Assembly (NCBI GenBank): GCA_958296135.2
Contig: CATQHZ020000001.1
Coordinates: 2,816,001 to 2,880,000, forward strand
Reading direction: 5' to 3'
DNA from: an uncultured Poribacteria bacterium
Lineage (GTDB): Bacteria > Poribacteria > WGA-4E > WGA-3G
Length of the DNA stretch: 64,000 nucleotides
Position 1 is the first letter of the stretch, and the number at the start of each line of letters is the position of its first letter. Below are positions 50,903 to 61,600 of the stretch, in pieces. Position numbers and translations under genes: made by a program. The notes beneath the pieces are model-generated. The model did not search any database. It saw only the letters and a program-made list of their open reading frames with translations, and was not told the origin of the DNA.

Positions 50903-51018
50903 ACAGATTACTATCGGCACGGCAGTGTTACGCTCGCGAATCCCAAGTGAGGGGTTCTCCGTGCTACCTCGTAACACAGGCGTGATGGGGGTGCTTCTTC
51001 CAGGGGAGTAGGTCACAG

Positions 51019-52245
51019 ATGCAAATAGAATTCCAAATTCCTCGAACGGTCCACAGTGTGAGTGAGATAACGGAGACATTATCCCGCCTCATTCAGGCAC
51101 AGCCGCATCTCCAAAGCGTGTGGGTGCAGGGACAGATTTCAAATTGGGTGCGTTCTTCACCGGGGCATATCTATTTCACGTTGAAAGACGCGAAGAGTCA
51201 AATCAGATGTGTGCTCTTTCGGCCGAATGCCAACCGTCTCTCGTTTCGGCCGCGGGATGGCGATGCGGTGCGCGTCGAGGGCAAAATCAATATCTATGTT
51301 CGGTATGGCGAATATCAGATTAACGTCAACGACATAGAACCGCTCGGCATTGGCGCGTTGCAAAGGGCCTTTGAAGCGTTGAAACAGCGGCTCGCGGACG
51401 AAGGCTTGTTTGACGCGAAGCACAAAAAACCACTCCCAAGGTTTCCGCAGAAAATCGGTGTCGTGACCTCGGAGAAGGGTAAAGCCATTAATGATATCCG
51501 CACGCAATTAGCGAAACGGTATCCGTTGGCGGAATTGTGGCTTTATCCAACGCTTGTCCAAGGTGAACAGGCAGCCGAGCAGATTGCGCATGCAATCCGG
51601 GTCATGAATCAACATGACGATATTGATGTCTTGATAGTCGGCCGCGGTGGCGGCAGCATCGAAGATCTTTGGGCATTTAACGAAGAAAGCGTGGCGCGCG
51701 CCATTTTTGACTCCGCCATCCCTGTCGTCTCCGCCGTTGGCCATCAGCCAGATTTCACCATCGCCGATATGGTGTCAGACAATCGGGCACCGACACCTTC
51801 CGCTGCTGTCGAGAGTATCGTCCCCGACCGGGATGAACTCCTCGTGCAGCTCGGGGGACAGGAATCGCGGCTGCGCCGCAGCGCGACCCAGAACATCAAG
51901 AACCTGAACGGAAAATTGGCAGAGATGCAGACGGCCCTTTCCCCGACGCGCCGAAAAGAAGCAATATACCAACGCTACCAAACGGTAGATAATTTGGAAG
52001 CAGCGTGCCGCGCTACGGGCGAACGCCGACTCAACAATGCCGAACATGCTCTGTATACCCTCGCACAACGCCTGCATACCCTCAGTCCGTTAGGCACCCT
52101 CCAGCGAGGGTATAGTATCAGCCGAGACGAAGACGGCGCGGTCCTCACGGATTCGGGACAGGTTGCGGTGGGCGAACGTATTGAGGTGGAGCTCTCACAA
52201 GGTGCGCTCACCTGCAAAGTTGAAGATAAGAGGCGTACCCCGTAG
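51019..52245 (+). CDS. xseA: Exodeoxyribonuclease VII large subunit
   Basis: GHIYFTLKD, GRGGGSIEDLWAFN, RAPTPS, LQRGY. Confidence 0.95.
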   Translation: MQIEFQIPRTVHSVSEITETLSRLIQAQPHLQSVWVQGQISNWVRSSPGHIYFTLKDAKSQIRCVLFRPNANRLSFRPRDGDAVRVEGKINIYVRYGEYQINVNDIEPLGIGALQRAFEALKQRLADEGLFDAKHKKPLPRFPQKIGVVTSEKGKAINDIRTQLAKRYPLAELWLYPTLVQGEQAAEQIAHAIRVMNQHDDIDVLIVGRGGGSIEDLWAFNEESVARAIFDSAIPVVSAVGHQPDFTIADMVSDNRAPTPSAAVESIVPDRDELLVQLGGQESRLRRSATQNIKNLNGKLAEMQTALSPTRRKEAIYQRYQTVDNLEAACRATGERRLNNAEHALYTLAQRLHTLSPLGTLQRGYSISRDEDGAVLTDSGQVAVGERIEVELSQGALTCKVEDKRRTP

Positions 52246-52323
52246 GTAGCCGCAATGAATTGATACCACCGGTAGGCGCGCTTACAACGCGTGCCCGCGG
52301 GAGAACTCTGAGGAAAAACACAC

Positions 52324-52521
52324 GTGACTTTTGAAGAAAAGCTTGAAAGACTTAACAACATCGTTGAACAACTTGAAGCCGGCGACGCGTTAACGCTGGA
52401 CGCATCCCTCACCCTTTTTGAAGAAGGCATCACCCTTGTCCGCGATTGCCGGCAGATGCTAGCATCCGCCGAACTCCGCGTGCAAAACGTGCTAGAACAA
52501 GACCCGCAAGTTGAACCGTAG
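52324..52521 (+). CDS. xseB: Exodeoxyribonuclease VII small subunit
   Basis: FEE.L.RL..IV..LE, LFEEG..L...C. Confidence 0.9.
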   Translation: MTFEEKLERLNNIVEQLEAGDALTLDASLTLFEEGITLVRDCRQMLASAELRVQNVLEQDPQVEP

Positions 52522-52666
52522 CGTGAGGGAAAACCTGTCCCTCGCAAATGTCTATAGTGCCCCGCTACTTTAAAAACGGAGTCATTGACAACGTCGATGA
52601 TGGATTTGGCAAGGAGAGGCTATTGCACTTGATACATATACGAACGCTTTGCGCCAATACGAAAAA

Positions 52667-54580
52667 ATGTTCTTAGAAAAAATCGACACCCCAGTTGTCC
52701 TCAAAACGTTTGATATTGCCGAACTCAAGACGCTCGCTGAGGAGATGCGCGCCTATCTGCTCGCCGTGCTTTCCGAACATCCTGGGCATTTCGCCCCCAA
52801 CTTCGGCACTGTTGAATTGGCCATTGCGCTGCATACCGTCTTCGATACGCCGCGCGATAAAGTGGTGTGGGACATCGGCCATCAAGCCTATCCGCACAAA
52901 CTGTTGACGGGCCGCAGGGCGGCTTTCCCCACGCTCCGCCAATTGGATGGCATCAGCGGCTTCCTCAGCCGAAATGAGAGCGAATACGATGTGTTCGGTG
53001 CCGGGCATTCTAGCACTTCTATCGCCGCTGCCCTCGGCATTGCGGCCGCCCGCGACTTGACGAACGCCGATTACAAAGTTGTTGCTGTCATTGGCGATGG
53101 CGGCATGACCGGCGGCATGGCACTCGAAGGCTTGAACGCCGCCGGCTCCCTCGGCACCCAGAAAAGTCAGAAGGACCTGCTCGTTATCCTCAACGACAAC
53201 CAGATGTCCATCTCGTCTACTGTCGGCGCGCTCGGGCACCACTTGAAGGCGTACCTTGAAACCTCTAAACATTTTCACACCCTCACTAGTTCGCCGAATT
53301 ACAACTTTCTGCGTTCCGGTGTGAAAGAACTGATGAACCACATCTCTCCGGAGGCCAAGGCACTCGCAAGTAAGGTGGAAGCCGCTTTGAAACCCGGCAC
53401 CCTCTTTGAAGAACTCGGCTTCCGATACTTCGGCCCAATTGATGGCAACGACTTAGACGCGTTAATCCCTGTTCTCACCGGTATTCGCGCGCTCTCCGGC
53501 CCCATTCTGCTTCATCTCTGGACAGAGAAAGGCCGCGGGTATCCCCCTGCCGAAGAAGACCCGGTCGGATTTTACAGCGTGAGCGCGCCTTTTAATCTCA
53601 AAACCGGCAAGACAACGCCGCAAAAATCCCGAACTCCGACGTATACCCAGGTATTCAGCCAAACCTTGACGCAATTGGCACGCCGCGATGCACGCATCGT
53701 CGGCGTAACAGCCGCAATGCCTGGGGGAACGGGACTTGACACATTCGCCCAGACCTTTCCCAACCGATGCTTCGACCTGGGATTAGCCGAGCAATGCGCT
53801 GTCACCTTTGCCGCCGGCCTCGCCACACAAGGACTGCGGCCTGTCGTCGCCATCTATTCGACCTTCCTGCAACGTGGTTATGACCAGGTGTTGCACGATG
53901 TCTGCATCCAAAACCTGCCAGTTATTTTCGCGTTGGATAGAGCCGGACTCGTTGGTGCCGATGGCCCCACGCATCACGGCGTGTTCGATCTTGCCTACCT
54001 CCGCTCAATCCCCAACATCGTTGTCATGGCACCTAAGGATGAGAACGAGTTACAGCATGCGGTAAAAACAGCACTTGAATACCAAGACGGCCCCATCGCC
54101 TTCCGTTATCCGCGCGGCACCGGCATCGGCGTGAAAATGGCCGAAAAACCCAAAGCACTCCCTATTGGCAAAGCTGAGCTTGTCAGAGGGACCGAAGATG
54201 GAACAGCCGACGATATCCTCATTCTCGCCATCGGCAACCGAGTGCATCCTGCACTCACTGCCGCCAAGAGCTTGGAAGAAACCGGCATCTCTGCCGCTGT
54301 CATCAACGCCCGGTTCGTCAAACCGCTAGATACCGGTCTCATCCTGCCGCTCGCTCAACGCATTCGCAAAGTCATTACCGTCGAAGATGGCGTGTTGATA
54401 GGCGGTTTCGGCAGTGCCGTGCTTGAGGCCCTGTCGGCTGCCAGCATCACCGGCGTGCAAGTGAAACGCCTCGGTATCCCCGATGCATTCATTGAACACG
54501 GCGATACTGCCCAACTCCACGCCTTATGCTGCTCTGATGAAAACGCCATCGTCCGCGCCGCCGAGACAATGATGCAGTAG
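52667..54580 (+). CDS. dxs: 1-deoxy-D-xylulose-5-phosphate synthase
   Basis: WDIGHQAY, GHSSTS, GDGG..GG, YSTFLQR, DRAG, DGPTH. Confidence 0.95.
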   Translation: MFLEKIDTPVVLKTFDIAELKTLAEEMRAYLLAVLSEHPGHFAPNFGTVELAIALHTVFDTPRDKVVWDIGHQAYPHKLLTGRRAAFPTLRQLDGISGFLSRNESEYDVFGAGHSSTSIAAALGIAAARDLTNADYKVVAVIGDGGMTGGMALEGLNAAGSLGTQKSQKDLLVILNDNQMSISSTVGALGHHLKAYLETSKHFHTLTSSPNYNFLRSGVKELMNHISPEAKALASKVEAALKPGTLFEELGFRYFGPIDGNDLDALIPVLTGIRALSGPILLHLWTEKGRGYPPAEEDPVGFYSVSAPFNLKTGKTTPQKSRTPTYTQVFSQTLTQLARRDARIVGVTAAMPGGTGLDTFAQTFPNRCFDLGLAEQCAVTFAAGLATQGLRPVVAIYSTFLQRGYDQVLHDVCIQNLPVIFALDRAGLVGADGPTHHGVFDLAYLRSIPNIVVMAPKDENELQHAVKTALEYQDGPIAFRYPRGTGIGVKMAEKPKALPIGKAELVRGTEDGTADDILILAIGNRVHPALTAAKSLEETGISAAVINARFVKPLDTGLILPLAQRIRKVITVEDGVLIGGFGSAVLEALSAASITGVQVKRLGIPDAFIEHGDTAQLHALCCSDENAIVRAAETMMQ

Positions 54581-54755
54581 TGCAGGTGCCGATGGGAGAA
54601 AAATAGCCCCAGGAACGTAGTCATCGAAACGGGCGTGCCTATCAAGATGGGCGAGCTGCGTTGTCAGAGCGACAGACTCGCCGTAATGAGGGATAACGAA
54701 AAAGAATGTCATTGCCCTAACAACGCGTATTGAAGCCTTGCGAACAACAGAAAAC

Positions 54756-55658
54756 ATGCAAACAAAAACACGCATAGACACATTACTCGTGCAGCGCAAA
54801 CTCGTCCAAAGCCGGGAACAAGCCAGACGCTTCATCTTAGCCGGTTCCGTTCGCATCAACGGACAAGCCCAAACCAAACCAGGGAACCGCGTCTCCACTG
54901 ATGCCGACGTTGTCCTGTTGCACCCCCAAAAATACGTCAGCCGCGGCGGTATCAAATTAGAAAAGGCCCTCCGTGTTTTTGACATAGACGTGCAAGAGCG
55001 GGTTGCGCTGGATGTCGGTGCCTCCACCGGTGGCTTCACCGATTGTCTGCTCCAACACGGCGCACAGTTCGTCTACGCCCTCGATGTCGGGTATGGGCAG
55101 CTCGCGTGGAAACTCCGAACCGACCCGCGCGTCAAAACCGTAGAAAAAACCAATATCCGTAGCGTAGCACCAGAATTATTCAGAAATTGCACCAGTAGGA
55201 GAGCCCTCCCAGTCTTGAATCCCCAACATCCTGAGTCCGTAGCGCGAGGGTTTGTCCCTCGCGACGGCTCGCCGTTACACCTCGCTGTCATCGATGTCTC
55301 CTTTATCTCCCTCAGGACAGTTTTGCCCAAGGTTATCGCCCTCGGTCCGCAGGACATCATTGCCCTCATGAAACCCCAATTTGAGGCGGGGCGCGCACAC
55401 GTGAAAAAAGGTGGAATTGTGCCCGATAAACACGTGCATATTGAGACACTCAACAATCTCAGTGCCTTCTGCGCGGAACATCTCACTGCAGGCTTGCAAG
55501 GGTTGACATACTCACCGATCCGCCGCGACATCCGAAACATCGAATACCTTCTCTGGCTGCAACCCGGCGTTCCCGGAAAAACCGAGTCCGCGGAAGAGGT
55601 CGTCCACGCAGCCCATCATCATTTTCAGGTGGGGAGAGAACCGTGCGTCACTTCATAA
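54756..55658 (+). CDS. tlyA: TlyA family rRNA 2'-O-methyltransferase with in-frame REP insert
   Basis: S4 domain, YVSRGG.KL, DVGASTGGFTD, DVSFIS, KPQFE. Confidence 0.92.
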   Translation: MQTKTRIDTLLVQRKLVQSREQARRFILAGSVRINGQAQTKPGNRVSTDADVVLLHPQKYVSRGGIKLEKALRVFDIDVQERVALDVGASTGGFTDCLLQHGAQFVYALDVGYGQLAWKLRTDPRVKTVEKTNIRSVAPELFRNCTSRRALPVLNPQHPESVARGFVPRDGSPLHLAVIDVSFISLRTVLPKVIALGPQDIIALMKPQFEAGRAHVKKGGIVPDKHVHIETLNNLSAFCAEHLTAGLQGLTYSPIRRDIRNIEYLLWLQPGVPGKTESAEEVVHAAHHHFQVGREPCVTS

Positions 55659-58600
55659 GACGTTTTATCCAGCGCAAGATTCTATTAGGCATTCTCGCCG
55701 TTTTCAGTCTGACACTCATCGGCGGCGCACTCTTCATCCGTTCAGACGCGTTCCTGAATTGGATAAAACACCGCGCCGAAGCCGAAATCCGCAACCGGAT
55801 AGAGGCTACCTACACCGTAGAGATTGGCAAAATCACCGGGAATGTGCTGACAGGTGTCAAGCTTGATAACATCGCGGTGTTTCCAACCGATGGTACACCT
55901 GACGAGCCTATCTTGGCTCTGCAGCAGCTTGTTCTCAAGTACAACCTATTCGCGCTGCTCCGCCGCAAAGTTGAGGTGACGACACTTGAAATTTCCAAGC
56001 CGCGTCTTCACGCCCAAGTGGAGGCAGGAGGGCATTTCAACCTGACACAACTCTTTAGGTTAGAAGACACCCCCAAGTCCGTAGGGCGAGGGCCTGTCCC
56101 GCGCGATGCCTCGGACAACGGCGTGTCTTCTTGGACATTTGCCGTGCAACGCGTCCGCTGTTCCGATGGCACCCTCCGCTTCTCCGATAGACAGCGCGAC
56201 CTAGACATCACCGTTACCGGCGTTACTCTAGATTTCCGGGGGCCGCTCACCACATGGCATCATCAAGGCACCTTCAGCATCAACAATGGCACCGTCGCCT
56301 TCAACGATGCAGAGACAGCGATAACGGCTTTTGACGCAGATTTTCTCATTGTCGCCAGCGGTGGCCAGTTAACCCAGTTACGTATCAACGTTGGCAACTC
56401 CGTTTTAGACGCGACTGGCAGTTACGATGAAGCCATGAATTGGCGCGCCAACGTTGACATTCAGGTGGATGCCGCCGATATCCAAAAATTCGCGATGCCG
56501 CCGGTGAGGCACATCCCATCTCTTCGAGGCAAAACCCCGGATCCTTTAAACCGCTTTAGAGGTAACATGTTTAGAGGCATTGCGTCCCTTCATATCACAG
56601 CTGAAGGCACACCAGACACGGTATCTGGCATCCTCACTGCGACGGTGCCGCATTTCACAATATCAGGACTCTCCGGTCATTTCACACCTACTGGCGGCGC
56701 GCTGAATATTCGCGATGTAGCAGTGGCGGCAGATTTCAGCACGCATCCTGTCCCAACGTTTGCGCTCAACCGCTTGCAGATGCACGTTGCCGAGGGACTC
56801 TTCCAAGCGAGCGCGCGTATGAAAATAGAACGGAATCGGCTGACTCGGTTACCTGCCTTTGAAGGCAGGTGGCATGCCGCTGGCATCCAACTCGCCGCCA
56901 TTCCGCCGATGCAACCTTTCCGCAACTGGGAGGGCAGCGTCACCACAACCGGCACTTTCAGCGGCAAAGGCACGGACATTAGCGGGCTCCGGCTGGATAG
57001 CATTTTGGAAGTGACAGATACCCTGCTGAACGGTATCCCCGTTGCGGATTCACGTCTTACAGGCACCCTTGTTGCACCGCCGCTAGCAAGGGTTGAGAGA
57101 TTGCAAGGGACAGGCCCGCGCCCTGCGGTTAAAAGCGCGGTTTCAACCCGCGCCTACGGGAGAGTCAGTGAACTCAACGTTATCGGCACACTTGCAGAAG
57201 CGAACGTGTATCTCGGCGGGTTCCTTGGAGAAGATTTGCGTCTCCACGCTACCTCACTCCGTATGGACAAACTGATGGCTATTTTCGGCGGCGCGCCCCT
57301 CAACGGACTTGGGGAGATGAACGCGAAGATTTCAACGAATGGATGGGAGCCGAGATGGACATCGGGCGGTTCTAGCAATCCGCCCTTGAGCGGTTCTATC
57401 GAAATTCCTCATACAACTTTCATGGATGTCCCGATTGGTATGCTGGCAGGCGATTTTCGTTATCAAGATGGACAGGTGTTCGTTGAAAACGGACTCCTGA
57501 CAAAAGGGGATAGCCGCGTCTCCATAGAAGGAACGGTGGATATGGAAGGCGAGCTCCCCGCGAACTTCCGTGTCCTCGCCGAACCGTGCCAAGTCGCCGA
57601 GTATCGGCAGCTCTTATTCGGGAGCGCCGAATATGATGTCACCGGTCTTGTCACTGGCGAACTGATATGTGATGGTTCGCTCACCCGTCTTGACGGTAGA
57701 GGAACGTTTGATGTTACCGAGGGCTACGCTTGGGGTATGCGTTTAGATGCATTAAAGCTCCCATTAGCAATTGAAGACTACGCCATCACTATCGCGGATT
57801 TCCAGATTTCAGCGAGAGAACAGCAGGTAGTGCTGAATTTGGAGATGGCGGCATCCGGCGACTTCGATTTGGACATCCGGAGCCGTGTCCCCGTGCAACT
57901 CGTCGAACTCGTGCGCGCCGCCGATGTCCCAGATTTTCCGATAGATGCAGCCATGGACATCGTCTCTATCGGGACACAGCGGGAAAAGCAATTTAACCTG
58001 GGTGTGGACATCACGCTGGCTGACATCACATACCAAGGTAATCCGCTAACCGATGCCACCCTGCATGGCACCCTCGTTGAACGAGAAAAGGCGACAGGTG
58101 AACCAGACATTTTTCAATTTGTTGGGGAAGCATTTGACGGTGCGAGCCAAATCACCGGCGAAATTAGCACCGCTACCGATAGTCCCTATCACTTCGCCGT
58201 GCAGAGCCGCGCGATGCCTGCCACCCCTATCTTGCGGTGCCTCCATCCGATGCTGGATGCAGTGACAGGCACAGCGGATAGCACGGTTGAAATCACCGGA
58301 ACATTGGCAGAACTTTCGCCTAAGAACAGCTCAAAGTCAGCGAGCGAGCGCGAGGGACAGGCCATTACGTCTAAACGAAAGACATCGGGTGTTGCCTCGC
58401 AAAAGCGCGATGAACGGCACGCGCTACGGACGCAGCGTCGGGTGTATCCCTACGACGTGGATATTACCGTTGAGGCGACAACGCTTCACTATCGGGGTGT
58501 ACCGATGACAAATCCTCACCCTATTCGCCTCCACCTTATTGATGACGTGTGGACGTTCACCGATGTCGCCCTTATCATAGAAGAACGGGCGGATAGAGAC

Positions 58601-61600
58601 ATTCGCAACCCCGGTCAAAAAGTCACCGGCACCTTTTCTGCACGAGATGAAGTGATGGACATTAAAGTAACATCGGCAGGAGTTGCGCTTGAACCCGTAG
58701 GCACAGCGTTCGGCATCCCTATTGATGGCACAGCGCGCTATGAAATGTCTATAAACGGAACGGTGACTGCGCCGAGGCTCGCACTTGAAGTGACGGTGCC
58801 TGAGTTGCGAGTGCAAACGGAATTCGGAGGCATCCTTTTATCCACAGCAGGCGCGCGGGTTCGTTACGAGAATAACTCGGTGCAGATTGAACCGTTCGTC
58901 TTGCAAATCCATGGGAATAAAATAGACGTAGCGGGTGACATTGCTGTGATGCCAGAGGACGTGAACGCATCACGGCTGAACGTGAACCTCCGCGCGCCGC
59001 AGTTGGAACTCGCGAATTATGAGCATTTCATCAGGGACGTTATGCCGCCTGGCATTGACTTATTCGGTGCATCGCGAGGGACAGGCCCTCGCGCTACGGT
59101 TACAGAGGATGTTGGTGTGTCGCGCGGGACAGGCCCTCGCGCTACGGTTACAGGGGATGTCGGTGTGTCGCGCGGGACAGGGCTTCGCGCTACGGTTACA
59201 GGGGATGTCGGTGTGTCGCGCGGGACAGGCCCTCGCGCTACGGGTGCAGCGGATGCGGAAGGGATAACGGGCTCGCTAGACGTTTCCGTAGACGTAACAG
59301 GCAGTCTGGCTGAGCCTCTAATTGCCGTTCAGGCCGGCTCCGCTGCAACCAACCTCTCGGAAATTCGCATCGGCAAGTTTCCACAGCCGATTGTTTTGGA
59401 CGCGCTGCAGGCCAATGTTACACTAAATCGGGAGACGATGCATATCGGCGACGTTGACGCAAACTGGCGGATAGGCGATGCCACTTATCACGCACAAGGC
59501 GAGGCGAGCTTCCCCGGCTCAAGCGAGCGCGAGGGACAGGTTTCTGCGCAACGGCTTGAGGACAGGGGCTTGACACCGCGGTTCGCGTTCACTGTATCCG
59601 CAAATCAGTTGGAGGTAGCCGATTTTGCTGTCCTGTTCCTCAAACAGGCCGAACCGTCGATACACGGCACGCTTTCCGCAGAAGTGGCATTGACAGGGAC
59701 AGGGATATCGCCAGACCGGATTTCGGCAGTGTGCGAGATGCGTTCGCTTAACCTCCGCATTGGCACGGTGGACATCGCTAGCACTGCGCCGCTTACATTT
59801 GCATCAGTCTATGGAAGTCTTGAGGGAAACTTCCCCGCTTTGGCGATAGTCTCACCGCTGATGGAGACACAGTTGAGCGTGGAGCTCGGTGGCACGCACG
59901 CAGCCCCAAACATCACCGCTGATTGGCAGGGCACTTTCTACCACCTCGGCTGGCGCGGCACTGTTGATTACCGTGACGAACACATCACCGTTCATCGCAT
60001 GGAACTCGCCTCGCGGGAAGGGAAGACATTAACGCTGACCGGCGGTATCCCGTTCGATCTTGCGTTGGAAGCCGTGCCGGTAGCGGAACGGTTTTTGGAG
60101 AAACCCATGGCGGTGCGTCTCCGCGGAAACGAACTGCCTCTTGCGTTTTTCCCGCGAGTGGCCGAGGTGATTTCAGAGCACGAAGGCGTTGTCGATATTG
60201 ACATGCGTATCGTTGGCACAACGCGCGCGCCGCGGCTCAGTGGGAGCGTTTCCGTGTTGGCACCGCATCTCCGCTTGAGGGACTTTCCGGAGCCAATTCA
60301 CAACGCAACGCTGCACCTCAAAGCGGGTGAGGATGGGCTTGATTTCACACAATTCCGTTTTGAGAGCGGATCCGGTGACTGCACAGGACAGCACGGCTAC
60401 ATAGGGCTTGACGGCCTCATCCCGAAAGAATTTGCGTTCACAGGGCTGCGCATCCGCCGGTTTCCGCTCGGAGCCCTCGCGCGGCAGGCTGTCCCGTCCG
60501 AGGTGCTAGGGGAGGTTCGCGGACATGTCACCGCCACTCTATCGGAATTCCGAATACCGCTAGATAGTTTTTTCACAGCGGCGATTCCCGGTGTGCTTTT
60601 TCCGCGATTCAGCCGAGTGCCTTCGCTTACTGCACTTGTCGAGGTTGCCACCGCATCAGCGTTAATAGAAGACGTTGACTTCGCCTTTAACGCGGAAGTA
60701 ACGGGCTCAGGCGAGCCTATTCACTATGACTTTCGGAACACAGAGCCCGTGCTGCTCGTGCTAGAGGGAGGCAGTGCACGCCTTGCGCAGGAACTTTTGA
60801 TGAAAGATTTTTCGTATTTGCATGAGGCGTTCGGTAAGGACACGGCGCGCCGTGACGTGCCGATTTTTAGGATAGAGGGTGATTTTTCCGCGCAGCTCAA
60901 CGCGGGTATTCTGCCCTCGGAACTTCAAACGCGATTGCAGAAACGCGCGCCGATGGAAACCTACACGCTCACGAAAAGAGAAGGCTTGTGGCGCGTTGCG
61001 GGTGTGGATGCAAGCATCGGCAACGGCGATGCGGTTTGGAAAAACACCCCTCTCTCTCTGCCTCGCGAAACACAAAAAATCTGGATTTGGCAGCGGGTGC
61101 CGGCCTCTGTTTCCTCACAGAAACAGCCCAAAGGACGGATGCAGATTTTTGAGGCATCCCTTGCGCTTGGCATAGACAGAGAGGCATCTTTTGGGCTCAA
61201 GGCAGATTTCTCGCGGCAACTTGATGCGGGGACGATGCCTGCAGCACTTCGCAGCCAATTGCAGTCCAAAGGGCTTATGCTTCCGGAGACGCTCCGCGTC
61301 GCCAAAATCGACACCCTCTGGCAGGTGCAGGATGAAGAGACCAAACGTCGTTGGACATTCGTCCAAGAGAACGCTTCGCTATCGGTTTTTGAGCACAGCC
61401 TTCAGCTCAGTGTAGATAAGGGGAGCGAAATTCAGGTGGCGGTGTGCGATGTCGTGGGGCGCGTCAAGAATTTTGATGTCTCGCCGCTGACGATGGACTG
61501 GCCTATGGCATATCGGGTGAAAGGGACACTGTCCGCGAGTTTACATATTGGAGACACCGGCGGGGCCCCTCAGATAACGCTCCGGCGGAAAAAGCCGAGG

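Noticed and set aside
50909-50980. HDV-like/theta ribozyme or known riboswitch
   Set aside because: P3/L3 is too long, there is no P4 or catalytic C-A junction, and no recognised aptamer consensus
54581-54755. Hairpin-containing gap between dxs and tlyA
   Set aside because: One imperfect stem (GGCGAG..CTCGCC) only; not enough to call an RNA or gene
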